From assembly GCF_000150275.1 (NCBI RefSeq), contig NW_002060953.1, positions 841,693 through 905,692 on the forward strand: 64,000 nt of DNA, given 5' to 3'. Below are positions 12,928-26,642 of this stretch, one piece after another; the first letter of the stretch is position 1, and every line of letters starts with the position of its first letter. The translations under genes and the position numbers were made by a program. Origin of the DNA: Trichoplax adhaerens (Eukaryota; Animalia; Placozoa). The notes under the pieces were generated by a model that was not told the DNA's origin, did not search any database, and was given only the letters and a program-made list of their open reading frames with translations.

Positions 12928-14013
12928 TCAAACGTTAGTACTACGAGAAAACTCATGTAATGTTATTTCTTGAGGATTTCGACATTTGAAACGTAAAATT
13001 GATTTAAATGCAGCATTGAAAGGAGGATTGTAGTAATAGCAGATAAATATATTAGCTATGCTATGAAAACAAGTTAAATAGTTAGTAAAAATTCGTACAA
13101 TCAAAATTTTTGATCTGATATGGCAATCGTACTGTTTATATCTAGCTAGTATATACTTAATTATATTGGTATCGACTAGAAAGACGTAGATCCAATATGG
13201 CAACCACACTACTAGGTATGCAAAGAATATAATAACGGACATTTTGCGTAATTTTTTTTTCACAAGGTCAATATTTCCATTGCTTCGATGACGCCGTAGG
13301 CCATCTGATACATTGCCGTATTTATTGCTTATTACTTGTATTAAGTCCATTTTTAAATTGTGGATGATTTGAACATTAAGGATAGCTACAGCAATAATAG
13401 GTAAAGCATAAGAAATCGAGAATAAGATTAAATCGTAAATGGCTTGTCTGGCACCTTCTGTCCAGATTGGATTAAGTAAACAGTACGATGAAGTAGCGTA
13501 AGTCTTGATATTTAATAAGATGGCATAAGGAATCATGTAGGCAAAACCTACTGCCCAAATTAAAGCAATAACGTAAATTGCATGCTTAACTTTAAGCTGA
13601 GCATGAAGTGGTTTACAAAAGGCTTGAAAGCGAGCATAACACATTGATATTATAGTAAATGCCGATATAATAACGGTAGCAATATAAGCTGAATAAGAAA
13701 TTTTACATAAAAATTCTCCGAAAGGCCAAGCACCATGATAGAATAAATCGGAAATAAATTGTAGTAATCTAGAAAACAGGAACATGATTGTAACAATGCT
13801 ATAGTTAACCATCATAACATTAGTAAATGTCCATAGTCTTCGCGTTCGAACAACTATATATCCGATAGCTAAATTGCCCGCAGTTGATGTTATGAAAGTG
13901 GATAGAAGTACTATCAATTTCAGTATTTTAACTATACTCCTTATCGACTCAAAATTTCCATGGTCGATACAAGTCACATTACCTAGAGTAGAATTATTAT
14001 TACCAACGAACAT
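12928..14013 (-). CDS. Intronless class A GPCR, tandem paralog of 5605-6672
   Basis: 361-aa ORF colinear with the first receptor (CIDHGN, RTRRLWT, WPFGEFLCKI, MCYARF, WLP, YDCH.RSKIL, ANIFICY.YNPPFN). Confidence 0.93.
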   Translation of the reverse strand: MFVGNNNSTLGNVTCIDHGNFESIRSIVKILKLIVLLSTFITSTAGNLAIGYIVVRTRRLWTFTNVMMVNYSIVTIMFLFSRLLQFISDLFYHGAWPFGEFLCKISYSAYIATVIISAFTIISMCYARFQAFCKPLHAQLKVKHAIYVIALIWAVGFAYMIPYAILLNIKTYATSSYCLLNPIWTEGARQAIYDLILFSISYALPIIAVAILNVQIIHNLKMDLIQVISNKYGNVSDGLRRHRSNGNIDLVKKKLRKMSVIIFFAYLVVWLPYWIYVFLVDTNIIKYILARYKQYDCHIRSKILIVRIFTNYLTCFHSIANIFICYYYNPPFNAAFKSILRFKCRNPQEITLHEFSRSTNV

Positions 14014-14814
14014 ATTTTTAGTGATGGCGTAAATAGGATCAATTATTGTTTATTCAGTCTTTCAGCGTAGTTTATCTCCTAATAGTATTATTTACCACAT
14101 GTTGTAGCCATAAAGCAGTTATTTTATGACGACACTTTTGTAATATGTTGTAGTGCTGTAGTTTAATAAAATGATCAGTTCTGACTGTTTTAACTCTTAT
14201 ATAGCGTTCACACAAAAGCTGTTGTCCAATACTCCGATGCTAAACCAAAATGTGTCAATTCGTAAAACATATAATCATAATGGAATTCTACACAAGAAGA
14301 CAATAGTGTTTAGAATGCGTACTATACAGATCATTTGCATAGAAACGTACATTTAAATATTTCATATTCGGGATAAATACTACTATAGTTAATTATTTAT
14401 CTGTTATTGATAGCTAGCTATTTGATGGCAAAGAATACTACCTACCTACTGTTACTTGGATATACACTTGATGATTTCGAATCCGCCTATTAAATAATTA
14501 ATAAATTACTCTGCTTATTTATCTATCGTGGATGTTTTACTAGCGTAATCGAAATAAATAGAGCTGGATGATCCTTTTGTTAGTGTTCTTTACTGTAGAG
14601 AAAATAAGATTTACAGTTATCGGAAGTAAGTAATGAAATATTGTTTATAACTATTTTTCTGAATAATTCTATAAAGCCATCTGAAAAATTTCAAAATGAG
14701 TATATTGAATGGAATAGTATCGATAAGTATTAGTTTATTGTAGTTAATAAGAGATATTGTTTGCTGGAAAATGTAACATTTTTGGGCATACAATGTAGCC
14801 TTGTTGTATATAAC

Positions 14815-14838
14815 ATATATATATATATATATATATAT
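14815..14838. repeat. (AT)12 microsatellite
   Basis: Read directly from the sequence. Confidence 0.95.
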
Positions 14839-17800
14839 TGTAATAATGTCAATACGCCTACGTAGGTTTATTTAATGAAGCGGTGTTTTCATTCTCGTAA
14901 TTACAGTAGGCGATGTTTTGCCTCGGTTTACTTTCTATGTTCTGTAGACAACTGTGTTCAAAATTGTTCTGTAATTCTTAAAATGACACTATACTCATCT
15001 TCGTTCATAATGTTGGATGCCTGGGTCAGAATTAACATTTTTCTATCGTACCATTCTATCACTATTGAGACTATAGCTAAAAGCTTTAGGACAAAAAGAA
15101 GCCTAAATTCTTTTCTTTAATACATCTATATAGAAATTCTACATATTTTTTGACTATAACTCATAAGTCCCTAACAGAAGCACTCTAATATTTAATCTAG
15201 TTCCATTTCATTGCAATATAAATCGAATAGCATGTCTTATGCTATGAATCACGCTATTAAATAATGGGTGCCAATTCTATATTTATGTAACTTTACTTTT
15301 ATACCTAGTAGTATCAATGTAAAGTTAATAGAGCATGTTTTGTGCATGTCTTTAAAGCTAATATAAATTTATATATTTTCAGTCAATTTTAATGATAAAT
15401 AATCTAGCTTGGTCAATATTTATCATGCTAATGATAGGGCAATAGCTTAAGTTAATACTCGCATACATGATTTCATTAATAATTTCACCTATGCCAAATG
15501 TGATATTATTTATACTAATTGATTTTGTTCATACTATGATACGTGCATCGCATTAGGTTCCGATTAATTATCATAGATAATTGTTCCCTTTCATCTAATA
15601 TAATATATAAAAATAGATTATGTACACAATGTCCAACACGTCGTATTCTAATTAGCTCAATTAATCTGGCTCAGTTAGACCAGTAAGTTTAGAAAGGTGC
15701 GGTATATAATTTATGTTCTTCTAAAGGTATTCTTTATCGCTAACATTTATGGCGTGATATAATTACTGCAGGAAATAGTCGACAGTAAATTATAGCAATG
15801 ATCTTACATATGTAATTCAACAGAAAAATGAAAGATTTGTACTATTAATTAAAAGTAACAAACGGATGGAATTGCTAATTGCAATCGAGATATATAAAAG
15901 ACTTGGACATAACACAATAAATTTCTCGTTGAAATTCATGATACATGTTATATTATATTATTAAGCTAAAAAAATTTTCTGAAAGTAGATCACGGATTTT
16001 ACTCCTGTAGGAGAATAGTGTAATTAATTGATGCTAAAGTATTCGTATTTCTGGTAGAGAAATCTTCAGATGTAAAAACTGACGAGCGGTCAAAATAGGA
16101 TATTTTACAATATTGAACTGTCTTGATTCTTTAAAAATAAAAATTGGAATATTTAATTTAGTTTCCCATTTAAAGTATCATCGGAGTATTTTAATATAGT
16201 AGATAGATATCTAGGATATCTTAAACATAAATGCTTGTGCAAATACAATAAAGAATACTATACATCACAAAATATCAGCGAGAAGGATAGGAGACAGACC
16301 GAATAAATGATTCACGTAGATTTTACAATTTATTATTATGATAATATCAGTATTTACATTAATCTATGACTGGTGTAAAAACACAATCACGTATCGGTAT
16401 GAGTGCCTATTGAGGAATCAGATACTTAGTGAACTTGATTCTTTACTATACACAAGTATGAATAATAATTTTTGGATTGATATGAAATAAACGGATATTA
16501 GGATTCCAATTCATTATAGAATAAATACTACTAGTGCGGATTCGTGTGTGTATATCTATGGAAGTATAGTTTTTACTCCATGTGAATATAATTTCCTATT
16601 CGTTCATATTACTCTCTTGAATGTTAGATTTTAATTTTTAAATCGTAAAGCTTTTTAAAATCAATTTAAGTAACTAGAGCCAGTATCAGACACTTATTTG
16701 ACTTGAAATACGCATAATTTGACAGGCTCAGTAAATTGATCGTTAAGTTGACTCAACTATATAAGTGAGGTAGTTCTATATAGTTTAGGTTAAGAAGGAA
16801 AATAATTCTTAAGTTCTAGCAAGCTGTAACACTTGTCATGATGGGATAATTACAGTAGCTTATTTTAAGAACTAGTGCATTTTTTGAAAAAAAATTCTTT
16901 ATAAAGATGGTGCCTTTCAATAAACAACGAAATAATATTCTCTCAAATGGTTCAACTCTAGTGTTTGTGCACAATAAGCTTTAAGAATTTCATGATCATT
17001 TTCATAAAATGACTGGGTAGTTGATCTAGTGATTTTTAAATAACCTGAACAAATTATAAGCACTTTAGGAAAACAATGAATGTATTTCAACCATAAAGCA
17101 TTTAATGTGCTATTATGCTTGATGTTGTAATACATCTATTTATTCACAATCTTTTCTGATAAATTAGATGATATTTTTATCTATATTTTATACGGTAGAA
17201 AATTGGTTTGTAGCTTAAATTATAATTCAGCAAGGTTGACGGATGCTTTACGCCGCTTCGATCATAATTCAAAACTTCAGTTATTGTTACGACAATTATA
17301 ACACTTAAAACACTTATTACATAAATAGAGAGGAAATATTTAAGACGTACTAAGGCGACACCTTAAATTGTAATTATTATGCTAGTATTAGTAAAAGTAG
17401 ATAAATTTGATCACGTAGTATATAAGACATTGGTTAAATGAAATGTACAATAATCTATGACAACGTATGCAACCTTTTCTCATAGTAAACTCCTATGATT
17501 CAGATTTCCAAATGTAGCTATTAGTTATGCCGTCGCTAATATTAAATTGCAGAAATGGAGAAAATTACTGAAAAATCACGAAAAATAATTAAAATATAAA
17601 AAATTGATGGATCAGCGAAGAAAACCTGCGTTGAATACTGTATCAGATTTATTTAAGCCCTTGAAATTTCTATGGCACATAGCTAATATTTGTAATTGGA
17701 CTACATATCTATGAGTATTTATGAATGGTCTCGTCGAAATTAGGGGAATTACGTAACTTTAGGTACTGATAAAGTAAACAAGGAGGGAAGAGTTTCCATA

Positions 17801-20800
17801 GTCTATTTTAAGATTTCTGAGAATTATTTAAATCAAAAAATGAATCTTGATTGAAATACCATTTGCTTGAAAGTTAAAATAAATTTTATACAATGATAGC
17901 TAAATTATAGATTTGCTACCGTATCTAATGAAATATTAATGGCACTAAGTGATGCTGTGAAATTGTTTCGATATTAATATTATTTTCGGTTTTACTAATG
18001 GTTTTAGCGATGTACAGGATCAATGAAAATATTTTTACACAATGAATGGTTGTTGAATAGATACATATGTGGTAGCTGCATTACCTGCAAGATTGCATCC
18101 TTCATGTACATCGAAGATTGACATCAACTGTGAATAGCAATTGAAAGCAATTTTATCTAACTCACAAAGAGTAAAAAAATCGATAGATCTAGAATCCAGG
18201 TACGATATACAACCGTTTTACTGCGGTACAAACTAAGCCGATTTATAAAGTTCATCTTTATCTTTTTAGATTATACGTTATTAATTAATTATACCCAAGA
18301 CTTGTGAAATAATGAAGATAAAATAATAAAACATCTGTATTAATTAAAAAGATTGAGATATAAGAAGAGAAATGGATAAGATGGACATGATATAAGAAAT
18401 ATAAGGTATTACAGTAAGTTTTGAATTTATATGCAAATAGAGGTCAATTAAATGATTACAAGAGCTACAATTGAATTGCAAGTCTGCAATGTGCCTTACG
18501 TAAATTATATTTGGAATACTGCTTGCACTTGTAATCCTCTTGGTAGCACCATTACCTTCTTATCTTCATTTATATACCTCAAACAGAAGCTTTACTGAGT
18601 CCTTAAGTTACTGACTACCTACTGTAGCTCAGAATAAGTTACAGACATACATAAAGCGCTTCCGACTAATTTATTGTTTCAATTCAATCATTGTTTTTCA
18701 ATCAACTATCTTGTCTCCTCTCTTCCCTTGATGGATGTTTCGTGTTCACATTATTGTTTTCATTGATGAAATTGAATTAAATGAGGATTAATTTTAATGG
18801 ATGCAGTTTACTAATAGTGTTGATAGAGTAAGCCTGCTTGTTTGATGGATCTATATTGGCTACAAGGGGGTAATTCTTACGTAATCACACTTTCGTTCAA
18901 AAAGTATAGCACTATTCCCAATCCAGGAATATTTTACTTCAAGACGAATCTATTAAACAATATCAAAAGCTGATATTGCAATACAATCTGTACTTATGAA
19001 TTTATGAAGGATCATGAGGATTCAGATATCATTTCATAATGTCTGATATACTAAGTGATTGCTTAAAGTTTTTTCCTAAGCAATTAGTGGGGGAATTTCA
19101 AAGGTAATCTGATCATAAATTGAAGGGCTTAATTTTATGACATTTTATCGTTAAGAGGCACTAAATTTGTCGTGTCATTTTCATCGGATACATTGTCAAT
19201 ATACATTGCATAATTATTCCCATTTTGGAAACTGACAGACTTATAAATCTATTTGAATGCTACTGATTACAATATTAGATAATATTCAAGATTTAATCTG
19301 ATATTTTTTAAAGCCCCTCCGATTAATGTAGGCAAATTAAAAAGAGCCTAGCAATGTCGTAGAGTTAATGAAATACGATTGATTTTAACTATATCGATAT
19401 TGCAATATTCTTGGCAATGCTATACCTATTAAAAAAGTTCAATCATTGTATATCTAGCTAAAATTCCTCCTTACAATTCATAACCACTAGTGCAAACTCC
19501 CGTCGCTTTGCTGACGGTTTACGATAATGTGCTCATTTAACAGATAGTATTACCATTTGATAGACCTGTCAGATGCACCGTGAGTAGACTATAAAAGGAG
19601 TTGATGGCCAATGCTACGTAAAAATTGGAATTAAGGAAGGGTAATCGTGTCTACTCGAGTGCTTTAGATAGAGTCGTAAAGCTAGTTTTAAATTTTGATC
19701 AATGCAGAATTTCAAACATTTATTAGACTATTTTTAATGTACATCCTATATTTAAGATGTTCGCGGATATGTTTTTTCTGATATGAACAGGATGCATTAC
19801 ATTCTCCTTTATAAGAAAGAACTACTAACTATAGAGTATCATCAATATACCGTGACAAAATTCTCGTAATTGGAATCATTTCTAGACGTTGGGAATACTG
19901 TAAATGTTTAAATAAAAAAAATCAATTAAGTACTCCAAACGATTACTACAATAGTAGTGTATGAACTTAACTTTACTAGCAAACAGAATACAGAAATCTT
20001 GATTAATTACTCAATATTGGCAATGAAATCTGAATATTTTTCTTTGAAGTAAGTATTTCTATAGTAATTCTTAGAAAATGCCTCCTTTAAAATAACAGTC
20101 AATGTGTTGCCAATTATTGCTTATAGAAGAAACTATGTTCTTTTTTTGACGCCTTAGCTATGTATTCATAGTTGATGGCTATACGTTATACTCAACTTCC
20201 ATCAACTGTTTACAGAACTTAGGAGAATTATTGTTAAACTCATCTCAAGGATTAATATTGCTCTTGAATGTGGTTCCTTTTTCTATCTCTGATTTGAAAC
20301 TTTAAAATAGAATAAAAATGCTACACAGGCATAGAAATTATGTAGGGAATACTTTCTAATTGTCCTCTTTTACGATGACAATCACTCACTTAAAATTTGT
20401 GGTTACTAACATTGAGTAAATCTCTAGCGAGACACAATTAGACCAACATTGTGTTTAACCTTCATTCGATTTTAGTCAGTCAACTCATCAGGGTTGCAGT
20501 TAGTAGTTGCCAGTTACCGGCAATCATAAGTAATTATTATTGCTTGACAAGTCTGAGCACCATCTTGTGCGCTATTTGATTAGTTACGTTCAGTAGAGAG
20601 ATCCATCATGATTTATATTCTCAGTTAGACCGTAATGTCAAATAATATTCAACATCGTTTTGGATCATTACTTTGTCTCAAATAAAGGGTAGCCTAGGAC
20701 TAACAGATATCGGTCAGGTATTGATCATTTGTGTAGAAGTAGTCCAATTAGTATATTAGTCGGAGTACCTCGAGAATTTGCCGCATGTGTGGATGAAATA

Positions 20801-23055
20801 GTTCTCACACAAGATGTTAAAAATACTGAACGGTAATAATCATAAATTTTTATAGCTATTTCGGACGGTCTTGGACGCCCATAGTATGGCTAATCTCAAC
20901 GCTCTCTCACTTTTAAATTACCGGCGTTTACAATCTTGAAGTTGGATTATACCATGGGGTGTCTGCGCAATCTATGGTCAGCCTTTCCTAACACTTTGAA
21001 GTCCTAACCAGAAAGGTTCTTGTCTATAGTCCAAACATAGCGATTCTGTCTTATACTGTAGACACCGCACTAATCTTAGCACTGTCGGAAAGGTCAGGAC
21101 ACAGCATACAAGCAGTAGTACAGATTTTCTTGTTTATAGTTAGTAACTCCTGGTATAAGTCTGCATGTAGAGAGTGAATATCTAGTACTAGTAAATCGTT
21201 ATTCTTACTAGCTATCGTACAACGATTTTTATTTAGCATGCCATAGTGTTCTACTTCGTAATGCTACCTTACTTCTTGTTACTACTTTTACTAGCTAAAT
21301 TCTCGACAGCATATGTATTGTATATTATCGTAGTACTTCATAAATGCAGGCTTTCAGTAGTTGAAGGACTTTCATTTCTTGATAGCAGTTCGCCTATTTC
21401 AAATACTTCTAAAAATTGATTGCAAGGAATCATTCAGTGATGAAACATTGAATTTGACTATTTCATCTGACGTTGTCGTTACATTAGTGTTCCAAATTGA
21501 AATTTGTAAAGACGAAAAAGTAGAACAGTACCAATCTACTGTCAAGTTTTGTCCTCCCAGAAATTTACCTACGGTACGATTCTAAATACTGACAGTCTCC
21601 CATCGTTAGAGGAACACTAAACATCAATAGTCTCATATTAGACAAATGAATCCAAACTTGATTAAAGAGTCAATCAATTATATTGTAGAAAACCAATATA
21701 AGCATTAATCATTCGTACTTAGATAACATTATAAAAGTATGCAGTTATCGCTTAAAAGTATGTCTTTCGTCATAAATTAATTAATATTAACACATTCCTA
21801 GATAAGTTATCTATCTATGGAAACTATGTTACGGCAGCCATGCAAAAGTTTTTCCTTAGCTGTTAGACACACTCATTTATGATGTGCAGTATGTTTATTC
21901 CAAGATCAGGATACAGGAATGATTTAGGGAACCCAAGTTGAATTTTGTCAGTATCGTGAAGTACGCCGACAGCAATGTTATAGAGAGTGCAATTCAGAAA
22001 CAACAGAGACTAAAATAGCGCAATATGGTAATGTTGATACTTTGCAATGTTAATATTGATGGTCTAATACAAATCAGTACTGAAAATCTGTTGAAGCCAT
22101 GGATATTGTGTCTTCTACACTGTACAGTATGGCGAATTTAGGAGAGAGACTAGCTATTCAAACAATCTGGATGCTACTTTTGTCCTAGTTTCCCCTGTCA
22201 ACATCATCCAATTTGCCGTCCATCTTCATCCGTACGTCCAATTTGTGCTAAGTTCTGTTTCAAAACAGAACCTTCTGTTTCATTCTGCTTAGCCCACTCA
22301 AATCTATCGTTGCTAATATTCGATATCTATTGATTTTTCCATGTTCTTACTAACTCTAAAAAGATTAAATATCCAGTCTTTGGGAATTATTACTGTGTCA
22401 TGATGCAACAATTGGATAATAATCGCCTAAAAAATGACATACGAATCTTTTATTACCATGATACAAAGATTACCATAATTTGTTTATGATACTCCCTAGT
22501 GGTAGACTAATTTTAAATTTCACAGTTGGAGATATTTCATGTACTATATGTTTTCTCTACTATTGTGATCCGCTGATGATGAAAAATTTCTCCAACGGAA
22601 TCATTTGTATAACCTATTCTATTTGTCAAGGATATCGACAATGGCTTCTATTATACTATCATCATTTAAACATATCATTCAAATTATTCTGTCAATATGA
22701 GACCATGGCCGTTCATTGTAGCTTTAAATTACGTCATGTTATTCTATTCCTACCGATAGCTGTTATAAAAAGCAAGAAAAAATTGTTAGAGGTTTAGTTA
22801 AGTGTAAGCAACCGTGCTGTTAACAAGGTTGTTGTAGATCGAAAATTTGGCTCATATTCAAGAGTTGGTGTAGTTTTATGCGACCATTGTGGCATATCTT
22901 GTTAGAATAAGATCAGTTGTACTTTTGAAAATAACGCTTTTTAACCGGAATGTAATCATTTTTCATAGACTATTCCATTTCATAACATTGGAACGATATA
23001 AATCTCTGCATTGACAACTTTTTACAACTGAGATCGAATTTAAAAAGTGTCGACG

Positions 23056-26000
23056 ATGACTATGAATAGAGATACCAACTACATGAAAACAATTTTGATG
23101 ATCAATCTATTAGTTTTTTCAACAGTGGAAGGCAAAACAGTTACCCAAACTGTGTCAGAATTTTCCTGTCCAACCAATTGTCGCTGTCACAAGAGGCAAA
23201 TTTTCTGCAAAACCATTGCAGATGTTTCTCTTAAATCAATTGGAAACGATGTTCAAACACTGTAAGTTAGAATAATATTCCTAATTTGACTTCAATAAAA
23301 TATCGTTTATTATGTATGGATGGATTGATTTTCACCCAATTTATTATTTTGCTATTGGTCTACATCACGGTATCTGTAGTTTACGGAAATCAATCGGTCA
23401 CCGATTTGATTTGGTGTTAAACATTTTTTGTTGTACCTAAAATTTCCTATAGTACCGTACAAGTGCTGTACAATTGCAGCTGTCTAATTTAATAGAAATA
23501 CGTCGGAAAATTTTCGTGAAAGAAATTGTTTCAGCAATGCGATGACTGTTATTAAAGTCACCATTACCACTAGGATATATCTTATTTCAAATGTATCTAG
23601 ATGCCTAGAATACATGCGTAATTCAGTTCTAGAACAACCACAAGATAGCTTATTAGAGTGTAGGAAATCGTTAAGTGATATGTGAAAGTGTCAGATTGAC
23701 AGTGTATGTGCGAGATTTGTAGATTAAGCGGAATGACAAGATTGCGTTAAGCACCTATCTACGTTCAATAATAATATTATAATTAAAGTAAATATTGTAG
23801 CTTTGATTAGGATAGTCTATTAAGGCAGTTAGACACCAAGGGTTATACAAGTAATTTGATGCTAGATTAATAAGAAATTATGGATCTAAATAGTGGCTTG
23901 GTCTTGTTCCTAGTTGAACAAGTAGTTTCGAAATTGTCGTATTTGATCATTCTGATTTTAGATACTTTATCACACTGGTCTACGTTGATCTTTTTCGTGT
24001 CTCAGATGTTTCCACTCAAGTTCTATGGCGGCAAAGTTTATTGACTTAAATGCTTATAGTAAACATTTTTATCAGACCGTTGAGTTGAGCTGGTATTATG
24101 CTCTTAAAAGTAAAAAGAAATTATTCGTTGTTTACTATGGTGAGGGAATGTAGAAATGAGTCATCAGGGAACATTTTATCCCCAATTTTAGATAAAGTAA
24201 CTAGCAAGAAGGATAATAGGGAAGTATAGTTTACAGGATTTCATATTTTTAAAATAATTCAGTTTACAAAAGTTCCTACGTCATTGGAAAATACTTTAAG
24301 TTAAACGTAAAAGATGATATACCCTTCAAGTTGAATAAACAAAACATATCGCAAAAGAACGTCATGAAATAGACTTTTTAGCGGTATTATAAACCTTCGA
24401 GTCGCTATCTCGGCTTATAAATTATCTTAATTGCAACTTATTATGTACAATAAATGCTATAAGAAATATAATCTTTTCAATAACTTGACTCGTGTCTTTA
24501 CTAATACCATTGATCATTTATTGAAGTGCTATCCGACAAGAAATTTTATGCACCAACGAAAAAGTGATAGCATTGCTAAAGCAGGCTGCAAAGGTTTCCA
24601 CTAAATTAGCTATCGAATGCCGTGATTCCAAAACTTCAGTTGGTAAAATGTTGATACTACATGTCAATAAATATGAACACCGCAACATGAATAGTCAAGG
24701 TAGAATACATTCATGTTCATTCTTTGTGAATCATTTAAAATTATGAATTTGTTCCATCGATTAATTGGTACTATAAATACACGCTCAACTAAACTACTGC
24801 TAATATGTAAATATGGTTTACTTGAATTTCATCTGCATTAATTTAAAATGTTGTGCAGATCGACTACACAGCTAGGTGATGATTGCTGCTTCATAGCCGC
24901 TGTATTTTACTTCTGTAGTAGTAATTGATGCTTATTATAGCGATAATGAATTAATTTAAATCTAGCTCTCGTATAATTTGAATTTTATAGTCCACATTTG
25001 CCTAGTACAGTCTATTTCTAATTATTGTTTTGGGTGAAAATCATTCGTTCCCTAATTCGCTATTGTCATGCATTAATTTGGCTTTAATATTTTAAAGTAA
25101 AACACTCTATCAGATGAACTTGGATTTACTTGTTTACGGTATTTGATATTCCGCAGACTTTGCCCAGATAAATTCAAGGATTAAAAGATCGCTTCATGAT
25201 AAGTCAGGTAAGCAAAAAATTATCATTTTGCAATAACCTTAGCTACTTTGCAAAATTTATTAATGGATGCCGCAGAGTAAGTAAAATCATGGGCTACTAG
25301 ATGGCACACCTAATAATCCATGGTAAAACTATCAGCAAACTCAATTAATTACAATAATTGCAAGCTAATACACGTTGCGACAGTAAAATGCTGCTTACTG
25401 TGTTTAAATAATGATTTAACTCAGATTCCATTGCTGCTATAATCCTTGTATAAAATCAATATTATCTTGGCGATGTTATCAACTTTTTGATGATCTATCT
25501 ATTGATCATCTTTGTTGCGATATATCTTGTAAAGTTATAAAACTGTAGCTTCGGTTAATTCATTAGATTCGCGTCCGAATGCAAAGCCATTGCCCAAAGC
25601 TGATCGAAATTATAGCTCAAATAAAGCTCAACATTCAAGTCCTAAGACATTGGGAGATAATAGTAATAGTAGCTATTCTTCCAATATTCTATTTATCATC
25701 ATTTTCTCAATATTCTCTGTCCTCTTAATTGGTATATTGACTTACTGTCGTTGGAAGATAAAAAGAGATTGTGTGGATAGTGGCCAAGAGGCTAATCCTT
25801 CATTGACAAGATCGAATGTAAATACCAGCACTTTCAGGCGTCAAGATCATGTTCCACCTCCCAGTTATGAAGCTACTAGTAAGTCTATACTGATTTTAAG
25901 TCCGCAATTACGCACAACAGAGGACAGTTGTTAATGTTATGTTCAATTTATTTGCATCTTTATGTCTGAGTAGACTTTACTTCTGTGATTTGTAATTAGA

Positions 26001-26642
26001 GCTTAATGCTATTTCTCTTTCTACTTGAGCTTATGCAGAGAAGGTTAATTTCATTTTCTCATAACATAAACAGGAAATTTATCTACTGGAGCTGCCGTAG
26101 ATTGTGAACAAATTGACGGTTAGTTCCCTGATTTGTGTAGTATACTCTAAGATAAGTTATTTTTTCATCATTAATTTGGGATTGAGGCCTTTCAATAACG
26201 AGATAATGATCAATTTAAAGTATTTAAAATGAGAAATTTCTAAAATTTCATTTCTAGAACTTGCTATCGAGGCTGAACCTCCTGGCTATTCGAGTAAATA
26301 TGACATTACTTTTATAGCCTTAGTAAAATTAAAGAAGCAATTGTAAGTAGTTAATGATATTGCTTTTTGTTTGAAATATCAGCTTCTGTTACTGGACGTG
26401 CTAACTCACCGTTGGGCGGAATAGAGTCCCAACAGCAATCGATTGATCAGGCTTGTATGATAAGAGAAAACTCAGCTCATCATATTATAGTAAATAGAGT
26501 GCAGGGTAAGAAATATTATTCTTTTTTATTCGTTTTTTTGGTGATAACTTGGGAATTAGTAAAATTGTAGTATTAACCATTTTCATCTTTTTGCATTTGA
26601 CCAGAATGTGAAATTTTGCCGGATTATGATTCTCTGAATTGA
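23056..26642 (+). CDS. Single-pass type I membrane protein: signal peptide, LRRNT cap, degenerate LRRCT, RIKR furin site, Ser-rich stalk, TM, three PY motifs (PPSY, PPGY, LPDY)
   Basis: Phase-consistent exons: 23056-23261 (signal peptide, SCPTNCRCHKRQIFC), 24527-24642 (AIRQEILC...IEC), 25157-25207 (SRIKRS), 25567-25878 (TM, PPPSY), 26074-26118, 26258-26293 (EPPGY), 26383-26505, 26605-26642 (LPDYDSLN, stop). Confidence 0.75.

Noticed and set aside
18800-21100. Scattered LRR-like peptide fragments (e.g. LQNLGELLLNS, FPNTLKS)
   Set aside because: Too short and interrupted to call as a feature without a search.
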